64,000 nucleotides of DNA from Nanobdellota archaeon (lineage in GTDB: Archaea; Nanobdellota; Nanobdellia; Woesearchaeales; GW2011-AR4), in assembly GCA_038046385.1 (NCBI GenBank), contig JBBSWH010000005.1, forward strand, positions 1-64,000, given 5' to 3'. Made by a program: the position numbers and the translations under genes. This document shows positions 28,939 through 38,589 of this stretch, one piece after another (positions within the stretch are counted from its first letter, which is position 1; the number at the start of each line of letters is the position of its first letter). The notes under the pieces are model-generated. The model was given only the letters and a program-made list of their open reading frames with translations, was not told where the DNA came from and made no database searches.

Positions 28939-29820
28939 ATGGAAGTTGTTTCGTCATTCTACAAGTATGTAAAAATAGAAAATCCTGCAGAAGTGCAGAA
29001 GCAGCAGATTGAGTTGTGCAATTTGCTTGGATTAAAGGGGAGGATATTACTCGGTGAAGAGGGAATAAACGGCTGTGTTGCTGGCACAAAAGAGAATGTT
29101 GATATTTATAAGAAAGAAGTTGTCAAGAATAAACTGTTTGATGATGTAACTTTCAAGGACACTTTGTCAGAAAAACACGCTTACAGGAAGCTTTTTGTCA
29201 GGATAAGGGAAGAAATCGTTAATTCCGGATTGAATGTTGACTTAAAGAATACGGCTGAATTTGTAACGCCTGAACAGCTAAAGGAGATGCTTGATGCCAA
29301 TGAAGATTTGATTTTGGTTGACATGAGAAATGATTATGAATCGAATATCGGCAAGTTTAGGAACGCTGTTCCAATGCCAATAAGAAACTTTAGGGATTTG
29401 CCTAATGCTGTTGATGTTTTAAAGGAATTTAAAGATAAAAAAATAGTCACATACTGCACCGGAGGGATAAGATGCGAAAAGGCATCTGCATTTTTGAAAG
29501 AGAACGGATTCAGTGATGTGCAGCAGCTAAAAGGAGGCATTCTTGACTATGGCAATAAATTCCCCGACACTTATTGGGAAGGAAAATGCTTTGTTTTTGA
29601 CGACAGGCTTGCAATTCCATTCAACACAAAAAAAGAAGAACTTACAAAATGCAGATGGTGCGGTTCTGATGCAAACTATGTCAACTGCCATAATATTGCA
29701 TGCGACAAACTGTTTTTATGCTGCGAAGAATGCGCTTTAACTCATAAGGCAAGCTGCTCTGAAGAATGCGAAAAAGCGCCGAACAGAAGAATTAAAGCAG
29801 TTATTGAAGTTCTTAACTAA
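28939..29820 (+). CDS. trhO: UPF0176 rhodanese-domain tRNA U34 hydroxylase
   Basis: FYKY, KGRILLGEEGING, RNDYE..IGKF, YCTGGIRCEKAS, GKCFVFDDR. Confidence 0.88.
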   Translation: MEVVSSFYKYVKIENPAEVQKQQIELCNLLGLKGRILLGEEGINGCVAGTKENVDIYKKEVVKNKLFDDVTFKDTLSEKHAYRKLFVRIREEIVNSGLNVDLKNTAEFVTPEQLKEMLDANEDLILVDMRNDYESNIGKFRNAVPMPIRNFRDLPNAVDVLKEFKDKKIVTYCTGGIRCEKASAFLKENGFSDVQQLKGGILDYGNKFPDTYWEGKCFVFDDRLAIPFNTKKEELTKCRWCGSDANYVNCHNIACDKLFLCCEECALTHKASCSEECEKAPNRRIKAVIEVLN

Positions 29821-29821
29821 A

Positions 29822-30118
29822 ATGGCAACAAAAGACGAAATAATTGAAGTTCTGAAGAAAGTTGTTGATCCTGAAATCAATTATGATGTTTGGAGCCTTG
29901 GATTGATATACAACATAGACATTGCTGACGGTAAGGTTAAAGTTCTGATGACATTTACAACGCCAATGTGCCCTTATGGCCCGCAATTGATGGATGATGT
30001 CAGAAGGCATGTTTCCTCTGTTGATGGCGTCAGGGAAGTTGAAGTTGAAATCACATTCACGCCAGTGTGGGGACCGGACAAGATGTCAGAAGACGCAAGG
30101 ATGGCGCTGGGGATTTGA
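29822..30118 (+). CDS. DUF59 (SufT/PaaD-like) Fe-S assembly protein
   Basis: DPEI, LGLIY, MTFTTPMCP. Confidence 0.9.
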   Translation: MATKDEIIEVLKKVVDPEINYDVWSLGLIYNIDIADGKVKVLMTFTTPMCPYGPQLMDDVRRHVSSVDGVREVEVEITFTPVWGPDKMSEDARMALGI

Positions 30119-30154
30119 TAAATTTAAAAGTATGAACAAATTCTAACAAAATTC

Positions 30155-30265
30155 GGGCCCATGGTCTAGTGGCTACCACGCAAATACAATTTGCTGTGTT
30201 TGCGTGACCGCAAATGACACAACCTTCACAGGGTTGTAGCAGGAGTTCAATTCTCCTTGGGCCCA
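30155..30265 (+). tRNA. tRNA-Val(CAC) with a 39-nt D-loop intron (30175-30213)
   Basis: Acceptor GGGCCCA/TGGGCCC, anticodon arm CAACC-TTCACAG-GGTTG, T arm AGGAG-TTCAATT-CTCCT, bulge-helix-bulge at the junctions. Confidence 0.92.
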
Positions 30266-30402
30266 TTAAATTAAATTGTTATAACTAGAATTTTAACAAA
30301 AAAGAAATCAATGAAAAATAATTTGGCTCCCCTTATTATACGGTTTATACGTGGGGGTGGTTGAGAAGAAATCGTTTTTACAGGGAGCCAATTAAGCGTG
30401 AT

Positions 30403-30813
30403 TCACCTCATTACCGACTTTGATGGTTTTCTCATTTCTCTTATCCACATCAGTCCGATGTGCTGAAGATCCTTGTTGAACTTGTCAGATACTTTGTACG
30501 TCTTCTTGTAAAGGTCGTAATCAATGATGCCCATGCTCTTCATAGGCGTTAATATCCTGTCGTAAAACTGCCTTTTGTTGTATGAAACCTTGACTTTCTT
30601 GCCTTTGTACGGCGGTTCATCTATCAAATCTGTAATCAAATTGCCATCATGAAGCTTGGTTGCGAACAAAGACATCTCAGTTTTGCCGATTTCTCCGCCA
30701 TTTTCCTTCATCATCTCTATGAGCAGTTTGGCCACGATGACCTGCTGCTTTGTCGCAAATACAACCTCATAAATGTCTTCAGGTAAGTTAAACCTGTCGA
30801 ACAACATCACCAT
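30403..30813 (-). CDS. Hypothetical protein (winged-helix-like C-terminus)
   Basis: Long ORF, normal codon style, FYDRILTPMKSMGIIDYD. Confidence 0.75.
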   Translation of the reverse strand: MVMLFDRFNLPEDIYEVVFATKQQVIVAKLLIEMMKENGGEIGKTEMSLFATKLHDGNLITDLIDEPPYKGKKVKVSYNKRQFYDRILTPMKSMGIIDYDLYKKTYKVSDKFNKDLQHIGLMWIREMRKPSKSVMR

Positions 30814-30971
30814 TTTAATAGATTAAGCACTGCTAGTATATAAATATTTCGCTTTTATATCCTAGTATAGTAAAAAGTATATTAATGAATTTATGAGTGA
30901 ATCGTATAGGAAAATAAATCGAAGAAATAAGGTACATTAGCTTTAAAAACAAGGCAGCATTACTCATAAAG

Positions 30972-31352
30972 ATGAGTGAAGGTATAGTTGGCACGATATT
31001 AACGCAACAGGGAATAAATGAAGTAGATAAATTGCCAAACGGCATGCAAGGGTATGTAATAAAAATGATAATACAAAAACCAGTAACTGATGTTATTGGA
31101 GAGTATTTAGGAAATATTGGAGCTACTGGCACAAATAATATTTTAACTTCCCAAGAGTTCGGATCTTTAACTCTCATTGTGAATATGGAATTGCAGAATC
31201 TAGGCATTGTGCCAAAAGAAGGTATAACAGCTGCAGAAAGAGTAGTTCAAAAATATTTAGATAGTAAACACTACAGTGTACTTGGATTTGTAGATGAAAT
31301 AGTGCGCGAAGAAGAAGAACCTGTTGTCGAAAGAACTCTTTCACTAATTTAG
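30972..31352 (+). CDS. Hypothetical protein
   Basis: 126-aa ORF filling the gap, converging on XPD. Confidence 0.6.
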   Translation: MSEGIVGTILTQQGINEVDKLPNGMQGYVIKMIIQKPVTDVIGEYLGNIGATGTNNILTSQEFGSLTLIVNMELQNLGIVPKEGITAAERVVQKYLDSKHYSVLGFVDEIVREEEEPVVERTLSLI

Positions 31353-33203
31353 TTATCCAATAAATTTCTTCAGAACATCTTCATAATTGAGTTCAACTTC
31401 CATATCCCATTCTGAGGGGAAGCACTCGTAATAATTGCGATTTGTATATCGCTCGTCTAAGAATATAATTGCGCCTTTATCTGTTTCTGACCTTATGCAG
31501 CGGCCTGCATTCTGCAAACATTTGGTTATTGCAGGAAGTATATACCCATATTCAACTCCCCTTTCAAATTTGTCATCATAATATTCTATAAGCAGTTTAG
31601 TTTCTGCATCCGGCTTTTGCAAAGGCAAGCCAACTATAACCACAGCTTTCAGAACATTCGGCATGTCTATTCCTTCTCCAAAAGAGCCTGTTGATACCCC
31701 AAGAAGGACACTGTTTCCGGAATGGTTTCTGAATGAAGCCAGCATATTTTCTTTTTCTTCTTTTATCATCCTCTGCTTTTCCATGAAGATCGGATTATTG
31801 CACACTTTTTTCAGATGCTCATTGATGTTCTGCATCAAGTCATAGCTTGGAAAGAATATTGCAGTTTTCCCGTTTACAATCTTTATGACATCGCTGCAGA
31901 CAGAAGCAATTTCACTGTATTGCTTGTGGCTTCTTTCAACAAACTTTGTTGTTGTCTTTGGTATAATCAAATTTAATCTGTTTTTCTTTGGAAACGGGCT
32001 TTTGTATTCTTTTTCAATTACATTGTTCCCTAAGCCAAGAATGTCCTTGTACATCTCTGTTGGAGTTAAAGTGCCTGACATTAGTATTGAGGAATAGCAA
32101 TTATCAAAGACTTCTTTTGTGGCAATTGACGGGTCAAGGCACCTGTAAGCAAGGTTTATTTTTATTTTCTTGTCAGAATATTTTGAAACAATCCTTCCGA
32201 AGCCCTTGTCAGGCCCAAGCCATGCCTCGAGGAATTTTGCAATATTCAAAACAAAACTTCTCTTTTGCTTGTCCCTTATGTCCTCTCCAATAAAAAGCAG
32301 CTCTGAAACAACAGTGTCATAATTTTTTATCTTGTTTATCTGGTCTACAAAATCATTTTTGCTTATGATTGCTTCCGAATCAATATCTTTTGCAACTGCA
32401 AAGAGCGCTTCCTCTATAATATGCAGGTTTGCAGCTGTTTCAGGATATTCATATTTCTGCGCCTCTTTCATTGCATACTCTATTAGATTGCTTGATGTGC
32501 TCTGCGTCAATAATTCCCTTGCTCTTGACGGAAGGTTATGGGCTTCGTCCACAATAAGAATACAGTTCTGCAGCTCTTTTTTTGCTTTCAAAAGGAAACT
32601 ATTCCTTATGCTTGTGTTGAACATGTAATAATAATCTGCAACAATGACTTTTGCGTCTGAAGCTGACAATACTGCGAGCTCGTATGGGCACAGGGACATA
32701 TTTTTTCCTATTTCAATGACATCCTGCACATGCAATGGCTCCTTCATTCTTTCAAGGGCTTCCTTGGCTTCAAAAGTCGGCTGAAGATTTTGTTTTCTGG
32801 TATTTGTATAAAATTCGCACTTGTTTTCATCTCTTAATGACTTGCAGTATTCGTGGAATGAGCCGGACTGCATGATCTCAACATTATTCTGCAGGCACAT
32901 TGCTTTTTTGCCTATGATATCAGCGCATCCCAGATCTATATTGAATTTCTGCTTTATCTGCTTTAAGCTGTCGACAACTATCTTATGCTGGGTATGCCTT
33001 GATGTGAGAAAGAATATTGTAAGATTTTTTTTCATTGCAAAAGGCAAAGAAGGGGCGAGGGAAGCAATTGTCTTTCCTATTCCGGTTGGAGCATGCATTA
33101 TGATGTGCTTCTTTTTTTCAAGAGAATTGAGCACGTCGGCAACCATATCGGATTGAACATTTCTTATTTTTTCATAAGGAAAATAAATTTCGCTTGATTC
33201 CAT
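31353..33203 (-). CDS. xpd: XPD/Rad3-family Fe-S DNA helicase
   Basis: APTGIGKT, four Fe-S Cys (incl. CPY), DEAH, SGTL, QNAGRCIR. Confidence 0.92.
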   Translation of the reverse strand: MESSEIYFPYEKIRNVQSDMVADVLNSLEKKKHIIMHAPTGIGKTIASLAPSLPFAMKKNLTIFFLTSRHTQHKIVVDSLKQIKQKFNIDLGCADIIGKKAMCLQNNVEIMQSGSFHEYCKSLRDENKCEFYTNTRKQNLQPTFEAKEALERMKEPLHVQDVIEIGKNMSLCPYELAVLSASDAKVIVADYYYMFNTSIRNSFLLKAKKELQNCILIVDEAHNLPSRARELLTQSTSSNLIEYAMKEAQKYEYPETAANLHIIEEALFAVAKDIDSEAIISKNDFVDQINKIKNYDTVVSELLFIGEDIRDKQKRSFVLNIAKFLEAWLGPDKGFGRIVSKYSDKKIKINLAYRCLDPSIATKEVFDNCYSSILMSGTLTPTEMYKDILGLGNNVIEKEYKSPFPKKNRLNLIIPKTTTKFVERSHKQYSEIASVCSDVIKIVNGKTAIFFPSYDLMQNINEHLKKVCNNPIFMEKQRMIKEEKENMLASFRNHSGNSVLLGVSTGSFGEGIDMPNVLKAVVIVGLPLQKPDAETKLLIEYYDDKFERGVEYGYILPAITKCLQNAGRCIRSETDKGAIIFLDERYTNRNYYECFPSEWDMEVELNYEDVLKKFIG

Positions 33204-33317
33204 TAAGCAAAGGCATTCATCTTGTTTTATAAGCTTTTAGGCAAGATTTGGCTGCGCGGTTGGAAGAGGGCATACGGCAACAAAAAGCTTTAAATCCAGC
33301 TAAAAATACCACTTATC

Positions 33318-33929
33318 ATGATAATCTGGATAATCATAGTCACCTTTTTTTTGCTTCTTATCTCGTTCCTGCTGAATTTCTACAGGGATCCTGAAAGAAC
33401 AATTCCAAAAGGAAACAATATTGTTTCTCCTGCAGATGGAAAAGTTATAAGCATAATAGACACGGCAAAAAACAATGTAAGAATAAACAAAGGTTTCCTT
33501 GGAAAAATAAAATCTTATTCAAAGGATGTTGCTCCAGAATGCAAAATAATATCTATTTTCATGTCTCCTTTGGATGTGCACATAAACAGAGCCCCAATAA
33601 GCGGAAAAGTGGTTTATGCAAAGCATTCAAAAGGCAAATTTTTCAGGGCGTATAACCTAGAAAAAAGCTTCGAGAATGAGAAAAATGAGATTCTTATAGA
33701 AAATAAAAAGATGAAAGTCAAGGTCATCCAGATAGCCGGGTTCCTTGCAAGAAGGATAATCTGCCATGTAAAAAAGAATGACAAGGTTGATAAAGGCGGT
33801 AAGATAGGAAAGATATCCCTTGGAAGCCAGGCTACTTTAATGCTTCCAAAAAATGTTGAAATAAAAGTTAAACTTGGCCAGAAAGTAAAGGCAGGCGAGA
33901 CAATAATTGCATCAATAAAATGGCAATAA
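33318..33929 (+). CDS. psd: Phosphatidylserine/archaetidylserine decarboxylase
   Basis: FYRDPER, SPADG, IFMSPLDVH, LGS cleavage motif. Confidence 0.9.
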   Translation: MIIWIIIVTFFLLLISFLLNFYRDPERTIPKGNNIVSPADGKVISIIDTAKNNVRINKGFLGKIKSYSKDVAPECKIISIFMSPLDVHINRAPISGKVVYAKHSKGKFFRAYNLEKSFENEKNEILIENKKMKVKVIQIAGFLARRIICHVKKNDKVDKGGKIGKISLGSQATLMLPKNVEIKVKLGQKVKAGETIIASIKWQ

Positions 33930-34987
33930 AAATTAAAAAGGAAAAAATATTTTTCACAATACCCTGGTTAAGGTGCATTCTTGCGATTATTGTGGGTATT
34001 GCAATCATATCCGAAAAAAGAAATATATCTCTGTTTATTTTCATTCTTGCAACTTTAATCGGGTTTTTTGATATTTTCATAGCAAAACGCTATCCTTCAA
34101 TGCTTCGCTCTGTGATTGACTTCTTTGCAGACAAATTAATTGTGAATATAGCTGCAATTGCCCTTGCATTTGGAGGAATAATCCCTTTTTGGGCTGCGCT
34201 GATTTTCATTGCAAGGGACATGCTTACTGTGATAGGGGGCACTATACTGATTTACAGGGACTTGAGAAGGGAATTCAAGCCGACTGTGCTCGGCAAGATA
34301 AGTTATTTTTTCCAGATAATGTCGCTTATTCCCCCAATTATAAACAATGAGGTTGACTGGTACCTGATGTCTGCTGCGCTTATACTTACGGTTGCATCCG
34401 GCGCCTATGCGCTGATAAAATCCGAATTCAGGTTTACAAGAAAAAAAAGAGACCTGGATGATTTCAGGATAATCAAGCTTATTAAGCTTGCTGATTTGTT
34501 CACGCTTTTCAACGTAGCCATTGGGCTTATGAGCATAGTTTTTTCAATAGAAAACAGCTTTAACTATGCAGCGTTTTTTCTTTTTATTGCAGTTGCCTTT
34601 GACTATTTAGACGGAAAAATAGCAAAAGTAATGCAGCAGCAAAATGAGTTTGGGAAAGAGCTTGATTCATTGGCGGACACTGTATCTTTTGGAGTTGCTC
34701 CTGCTATATTTGGATTTAGCCTGATGCAGGATGCAATTGGCGCCAGCCAGATTAAGGTAACATTCGGGATGATAACTCTCGCCATTTTCCTTTTCTGCGG
34801 AATCCTGAGGCTTGCAAGATACAATATAATGAATTTGAAAGGCTCTTTTCAGGGCATGCCTATAACTTTGAACGGGATAATAATTCCAGCAGCATACTAC
34901 ATTAATTCCCCGATAAAATTTTACCCTTACATTTACCTTGTGTTAGGAATTCTAATGGTTTCTTCTTTCAGAATAAAGAGATTGTGA
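33920..34987 (+). CDS. Two-domain CDP-alcohol phosphatidyltransferase (degenerate PgsA-like plus PssA-like)
   Basis: C-domain DYLDGKIAK...GKELDSLAD.VSFGVAPA, LRLARYN, FQGMP; N-domain FFDIFIAK...IDFFADK. Confidence 0.85.
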   Translation: MAIKIKKEKIFFTIPWLRCILAIIVGIAIISEKRNISLFIFILATLIGFFDIFIAKRYPSMLRSVIDFFADKLIVNIAAIALAFGGIIPFWAALIFIARDMLTVIGGTILIYRDLRREFKPTVLGKISYFFQIMSLIPPIINNEVDWYLMSAALILTVASGAYALIKSEFRFTRKKRDLDDFRIIKLIKLADLFTLFNVAIGLMSIVFSIENSFNYAAFFLFIAVAFDYLDGKIAKVMQQQNEFGKELDSLADTVSFGVAPAIFGFSLMQDAIGASQIKVTFGMITLAIFLFCGILRLARYNIMNLKGSFQGMPITLNGIIIPAAYYINSPIKFYPYIYLVLGILMVSSFRIKRL

Positions 34988-36010
34988 CTATTTTTTTGAA
35001 AAGGTCTTGTATGCAAAAGTTGCCAGTGTTGCGTATGTTGACGCCATCACTATCATCAAAAATATGTTCTTGTAGGCGAAGTCTATCAGCAAGGCAAGTA
35101 TGGCAGCATATCCAAGCCCGACGTTTACAGTGCTGATTGTCGGCTTTATTACCCTCTTGTATTTTTTTAGGTTATATGCCTTGAGCAAAACTATCAGCAA
35201 TATTGCCAAAATAAGCATGGCTGCATAAAAACCCGTTACATATTTTGCGTAAATGAATATCACAAGAGTTGTCAGGATAAAAATAGTGTCTGAGGTAGAA
35301 TCAAATAAGCTACCAAATTCCGTCATCTGGTTCATGACCCTTGCTGAAACCCCATCAAGCTTGTCGCTTAATGTGATTATTCCAAAAATAATCAATGCGA
35401 TGTTTACTTTTGAATTAAGAAAGTAATATGCAAAAGGGATTATGAGCAAAAGCCTTGAAAGAGTTATAAGATTAGGCAAGTTTACTATTTTGTTTCCTGT
35501 CTTGATTCTTATTTTTATAAGATATTCTATTCCAGACCCCAATGTGATAATCACTGCAAGGATCATCATGGGGTATGCAAACTGAAGCTGAAGCAACGCA
35601 AAGACTATCGCAATGCTTTGCACGACTGTTTTTGCCTTTCCAAAAAAGCTTGCAGGCACAATTATTTTTGAAGGTATCAAGTAAAACCTTATTCCAGTAA
35701 CTACTATCTCTCTCGATATTATGGCCATGGCCATCCAAAGTTCAACTCCATTGCCTATCAAAAAAATGAGAGCAGTGGATATAAGGAGTTTATCCGCTAT
35801 AGGATCTATCAGCTGCCCAAGTTCAGTAATCTGGTTCTTTTTTCTTGCAAAATATCCATCAAATGCGTCTGAAACAGAAAGCATGATAAAGATAAATGCA
35901 GAAAGCAAAGGCTTGTGGGGAATGTCTACAAGAAGGATTACTGCAAAAAGAGGTATCAATGCCACCCTTAGCAGAGTTATTCTATTAGGAATGTTAAAAT
36001 GAAATTTCAT
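34988..36010 (-). CDS. Tandem PgsA-like CDP-alcohol phosphatidyltransferase
   Basis: Two PN.IT..R domains: DAFDGYFAR...G..IDPIADK and DKLDGVSAR...GSLFDSTSD. Confidence 0.88.
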   Translation of the reverse strand: MKFHFNIPNRITLLRVALIPLFAVILLVDIPHKPLLSAFIFIMLSVSDAFDGYFARKKNQITELGQLIDPIADKLLISTALIFLIGNGVELWMAMAIISREIVVTGIRFYLIPSKIIVPASFFGKAKTVVQSIAIVFALLQLQFAYPMMILAVIITLGSGIEYLIKIRIKTGNKIVNLPNLITLSRLLLIIPFAYYFLNSKVNIALIIFGIITLSDKLDGVSARVMNQMTEFGSLFDSTSDTIFILTTLVIFIYAKYVTGFYAAMLILAILLIVLLKAYNLKKYKRVIKPTISTVNVGLGYAAILALLIDFAYKNIFLMIVMASTYATLATFAYKTFSKK

Positions 36011-36050
36011 AAAACAAAATATTTATAACGGCTTAAATAGTTTTCTGAAA

Positions 36051-36689
36051 ATGATGAAATACGACCTGCACATGCACACGCATTATTCAAAATGCAGTAA
36101 CTTGAAGCCAGATACTATTCTGAAACTTGCAAAAAAGAAAAAACTGGATGGCATTGCAATAACTGACCATCACGAGATAAAAGGCGCTTTGGAAGTCAAG
36201 AAGCTAAACAAGAATAAGAATTTTGAGGTTATTGTAGGAGAAGAGATAAGCACTGACAAAGGAGATGTTCTTCTTTATTATCTTGAGAAAAAGGTTTATG
36301 AAACTGAATTTTACAAGGTGGTTGAAGAAGCAAAAAAACAGAATGCATTAATCGTCATACCTCACCCTTTCAGGAGAACAATGCTGCATGACCATAAATT
36401 CCAGATGCCGCTTGAAAAAATAAAAAATATTGCTGATGCTGTTGAATGCTTCAACGCAAGGATGTTATTCCCATATGACAATAAAAAGGCCGATTTGGAA
36501 GCTTCACGCCTCGGAATGGCAAAAACCGGAGGGTCTGATGCGCACTTCTCCTTTGAAATCGGGACAGGCTGCACTGTTTTTGACGGAAATTTAAGAAATG
36601 CTATAAAAAATAAAAAAACAAAACCATGCGGAAGAATAAAATTCGGGGCTTTTGGAGGGATATTAAGCTATCTTAGAAAAATATATTAA
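36051..36689 (+). CDS. PHP-family metal-dependent phosphoesterase
   Basis: DLHMHT, ITDH, GEE, PHP, GGSDAH. Confidence 0.9.
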   Translation: MMKYDLHMHTHYSKCSNLKPDTILKLAKKKKLDGIAITDHHEIKGALEVKKLNKNKNFEVIVGEEISTDKGDVLLYYLEKKVYETEFYKVVEEAKKQNALIVIPHPFRRTMLHDHKFQMPLEKIKNIADAVECFNARMLFPYDNKKADLEASRLGMAKTGGSDAHFSFEIGTGCTVFDGNLRNAIKNKKTKPCGRIKFGAFGGILSYLRKIY

Positions 36690-36771
36690 ATTTTCCCGTC
36701 AGTTAGCGCATAAATTGTCAACAATCTGAATTTTTGCAAAACTATTTAAATAAATATCTTATAGTTAATGC

Positions 36772-37320
36772 ATGACAGAAACTTTGTTTGTGCTAATTTC
36801 ACAATGCTTTTACCTTCTTTTGCCTGCATATTTTGCGAACATGGCACCGGTCATTGTAAAAAATGTGAATTTTCTTAATTATCCTATCGATTTCGGAAAA
36901 AAAATAGGAGGGAAGCCAATACTTGGAAATCATAAGACATTCAGGGGATTGTTTTTCGGGGTTTTGTTTGGAATTATAATTGCATATTTTCAATTTCTTA
37001 TTTATAAATCGGGAAATTTTGCCGGCATCGCAGTTGTTGACTATGACAAGTGGCTGCTTTTGGGCATTTTGCTGGGAAGCGGCGCTCTTATAGGGGATGC
37101 TGTAAAAAGCTTTTTCAAAAGAAGAGTGAATATAGCACCAGGAGCAAAGTTCATACCATTTGACCAAACTGATTTTGTGATTGGGGCATTGATTTTCACA
37201 ATGCTGTTTTTTGAAATAAACTTAAAAATATTTTTTACGTCGATATTATTGAGTTTTGCGCTGCATATAATAACCAATCACCTTGCTTTCTGGCTCAAGA
37301 TGAGAGACGAGAAATGGTAG
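36772..37320 (+). CDS. carS: CDP-archaeol synthase
   Basis: PAYFANMAP, PIDFG, G.HKTFRG, GDAVKSFFKRR, PFDQTDF. Confidence 0.92.
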   Translation: MTETLFVLISQCFYLLLPAYFANMAPVIVKNVNFLNYPIDFGKKIGGKPILGNHKTFRGLFFGVLFGIIIAYFQFLIYKSGNFAGIAVVDYDKWLLLGILLGSGALIGDAVKSFFKRRVNIAPGAKFIPFDQTDFVIGALIFTMLFFEINLKIFFTSILLSFALHIITNHLAFWLKMRDEKW

Positions 37321-37788
37321 TCAAATCAGATAAAGAAGGTTTGCAAGCAGAATAAATCCGGTGTTGTAGAATATCAATTTGTACCGGTTGTTTTCTTTTT
37401 TGGTGTAAAGAAGAGATGCGGCTGCAATTCCGTAGATGAAAATTAAGCTCGATTCAATCAGGAAAAAAATCTGGTTTTTTGAGCTTAGGTAAAAAAGAAT
37501 GCCAAAAAGGCCGTATGATATGATTGATTTTTTCATCTGGTCTTTTAGGCTGTATTCGACAAAAAAGACAAATAGGCCATAAGCAATTGTGATTACCAAA
37601 TAAACGCTATTTTTATAAAAATTTAATATTGCAAAAAGGAATATTAAAATCAATATAGATTTTCTGCATATCTCAAAATATTTCTTGAGCGGCTTCTGCT
37701 CTTCAGGCGCTATTTTTATCAATAATATTCCTGCGGCAAGCCCGAGAAAAGAGATTATAGAAGCAAAAAAATAGTTGATGAACTCCAT
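37321..37788 (-). CDS. Membrane protein, unknown function
   Basis: About 5-6 TM segments. Confidence 0.7.
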   Translation of the reverse strand: MEFINYFFASIISFLGLAAGILLIKIAPEEQKPLKKYFEICRKSILILIFLFAILNFYKNSVYLVITIAYGLFVFFVEYSLKDQMKKSIISYGLFGILFYLSSKNQIFFLIESSLIFIYGIAAASLLYTKKENNRYKLIFYNTGFILLANLLYLI

Positions 37789-37792
37789 TTTG

Positions 37793-38248
37793 TTATTTTT
37801 CAGCTTTTGTTATTTTTGAAATTCTTCTCACGTGCCTTTCATCATTTGTAAAATATGTTGATAACCATATTTTTGCTGCTTCAAAAGCATGGTCGTTTGT
37901 CATGAATCTTGCGCCGATTGAAAGAATATTGGCGTCGTTGTGCTCTCTTGAGAGTTTGACTATCTCAAGGTTATTGCAGTTGTAGACTGCTGCGCGGACT
38001 CCTTTTACTTTGTTTGCTGAAATTGCCTCTCCCTGACCTGAACCGCCGAAGATTATTCCTTTTGAGATTTTGTCTTTGGAAACTTCTTTTGCGGCTGAAA
38101 TTATAAAGTCAGGATAATCGTCTTCCTTGTCGTATTCTAATGCTCCTTTATCTATGACGTTGTAACCTTCTTTCAGCAGCGCTTTTTTCATGAATTCCTT
38201 CATCTCAAAGCCTGCATGATCTGTTGCGAGAAATATTTTGGGTTTCAT
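37793..38248 (-). CDS. rpiB: Ribose-5-phosphate isomerase B
   Basis: DHAG, DYP, GGSGQGE, ANKVKGVRAA, SREHNDAN, RHVRR. Confidence 0.92.
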   Translation of the reverse strand: MKPKIFLATDHAGFEMKEFMKKALLKEGYNVIDKGALEYDKEDDYPDFIISAAKEVSKDKISKGIIFGGSGQGEAISANKVKGVRAAVYNCNNLEIVKLSREHNDANILSIGARFMTNDHAFEAAKIWLSTYFTNDERHVRRISKITKAEK

Positions 38249-38291
38249 AAGAATGAAATAATTATTTTGCTTTTAAATGTTTCTTAAAATC

Positions 38292-38558
38292 TTAATACCA
38301 AGTCCCGCGCCACGTGGAGTGTCCCCATTGGATTAGCAAATCAACACCTAATCTTTCAACCTGCAAAGGAACGTCGCATGCGCCGAAGCATGAGCCCATC
38401 CAGATGACAACAGAGGATCCTGTGTTTTTCTCTATTGATTCCTGTATTTCAGCTGCCTTTGGCTTTAATCCGTCCGGTAGCTGCACGCAGACCATCTTAG
38501 GATTATCTTTCTTGATTCTTTCAATGACTTTGCTTAATTCAAGGTCGTATTGGTCCAT
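38292..38558 (-). CDS. Stand-alone N-terminal domain of Dph2 (88 aa)
   Basis: VQLPDGLK, SCFGACD, DLLIQWGHS. Confidence 0.8.
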   Translation of the reverse strand: MDQYDLELSKVIERIKKDNPKMVCVQLPDGLKPKAAEIQESIEKNTGSSVVIWMGSCFGACDVPLQVERLGVDLLIQWGHSTWRGTWY

Positions 38559-38589
38559 ATCAAATAGGAAGAATATGTGGTTTAAAAAG

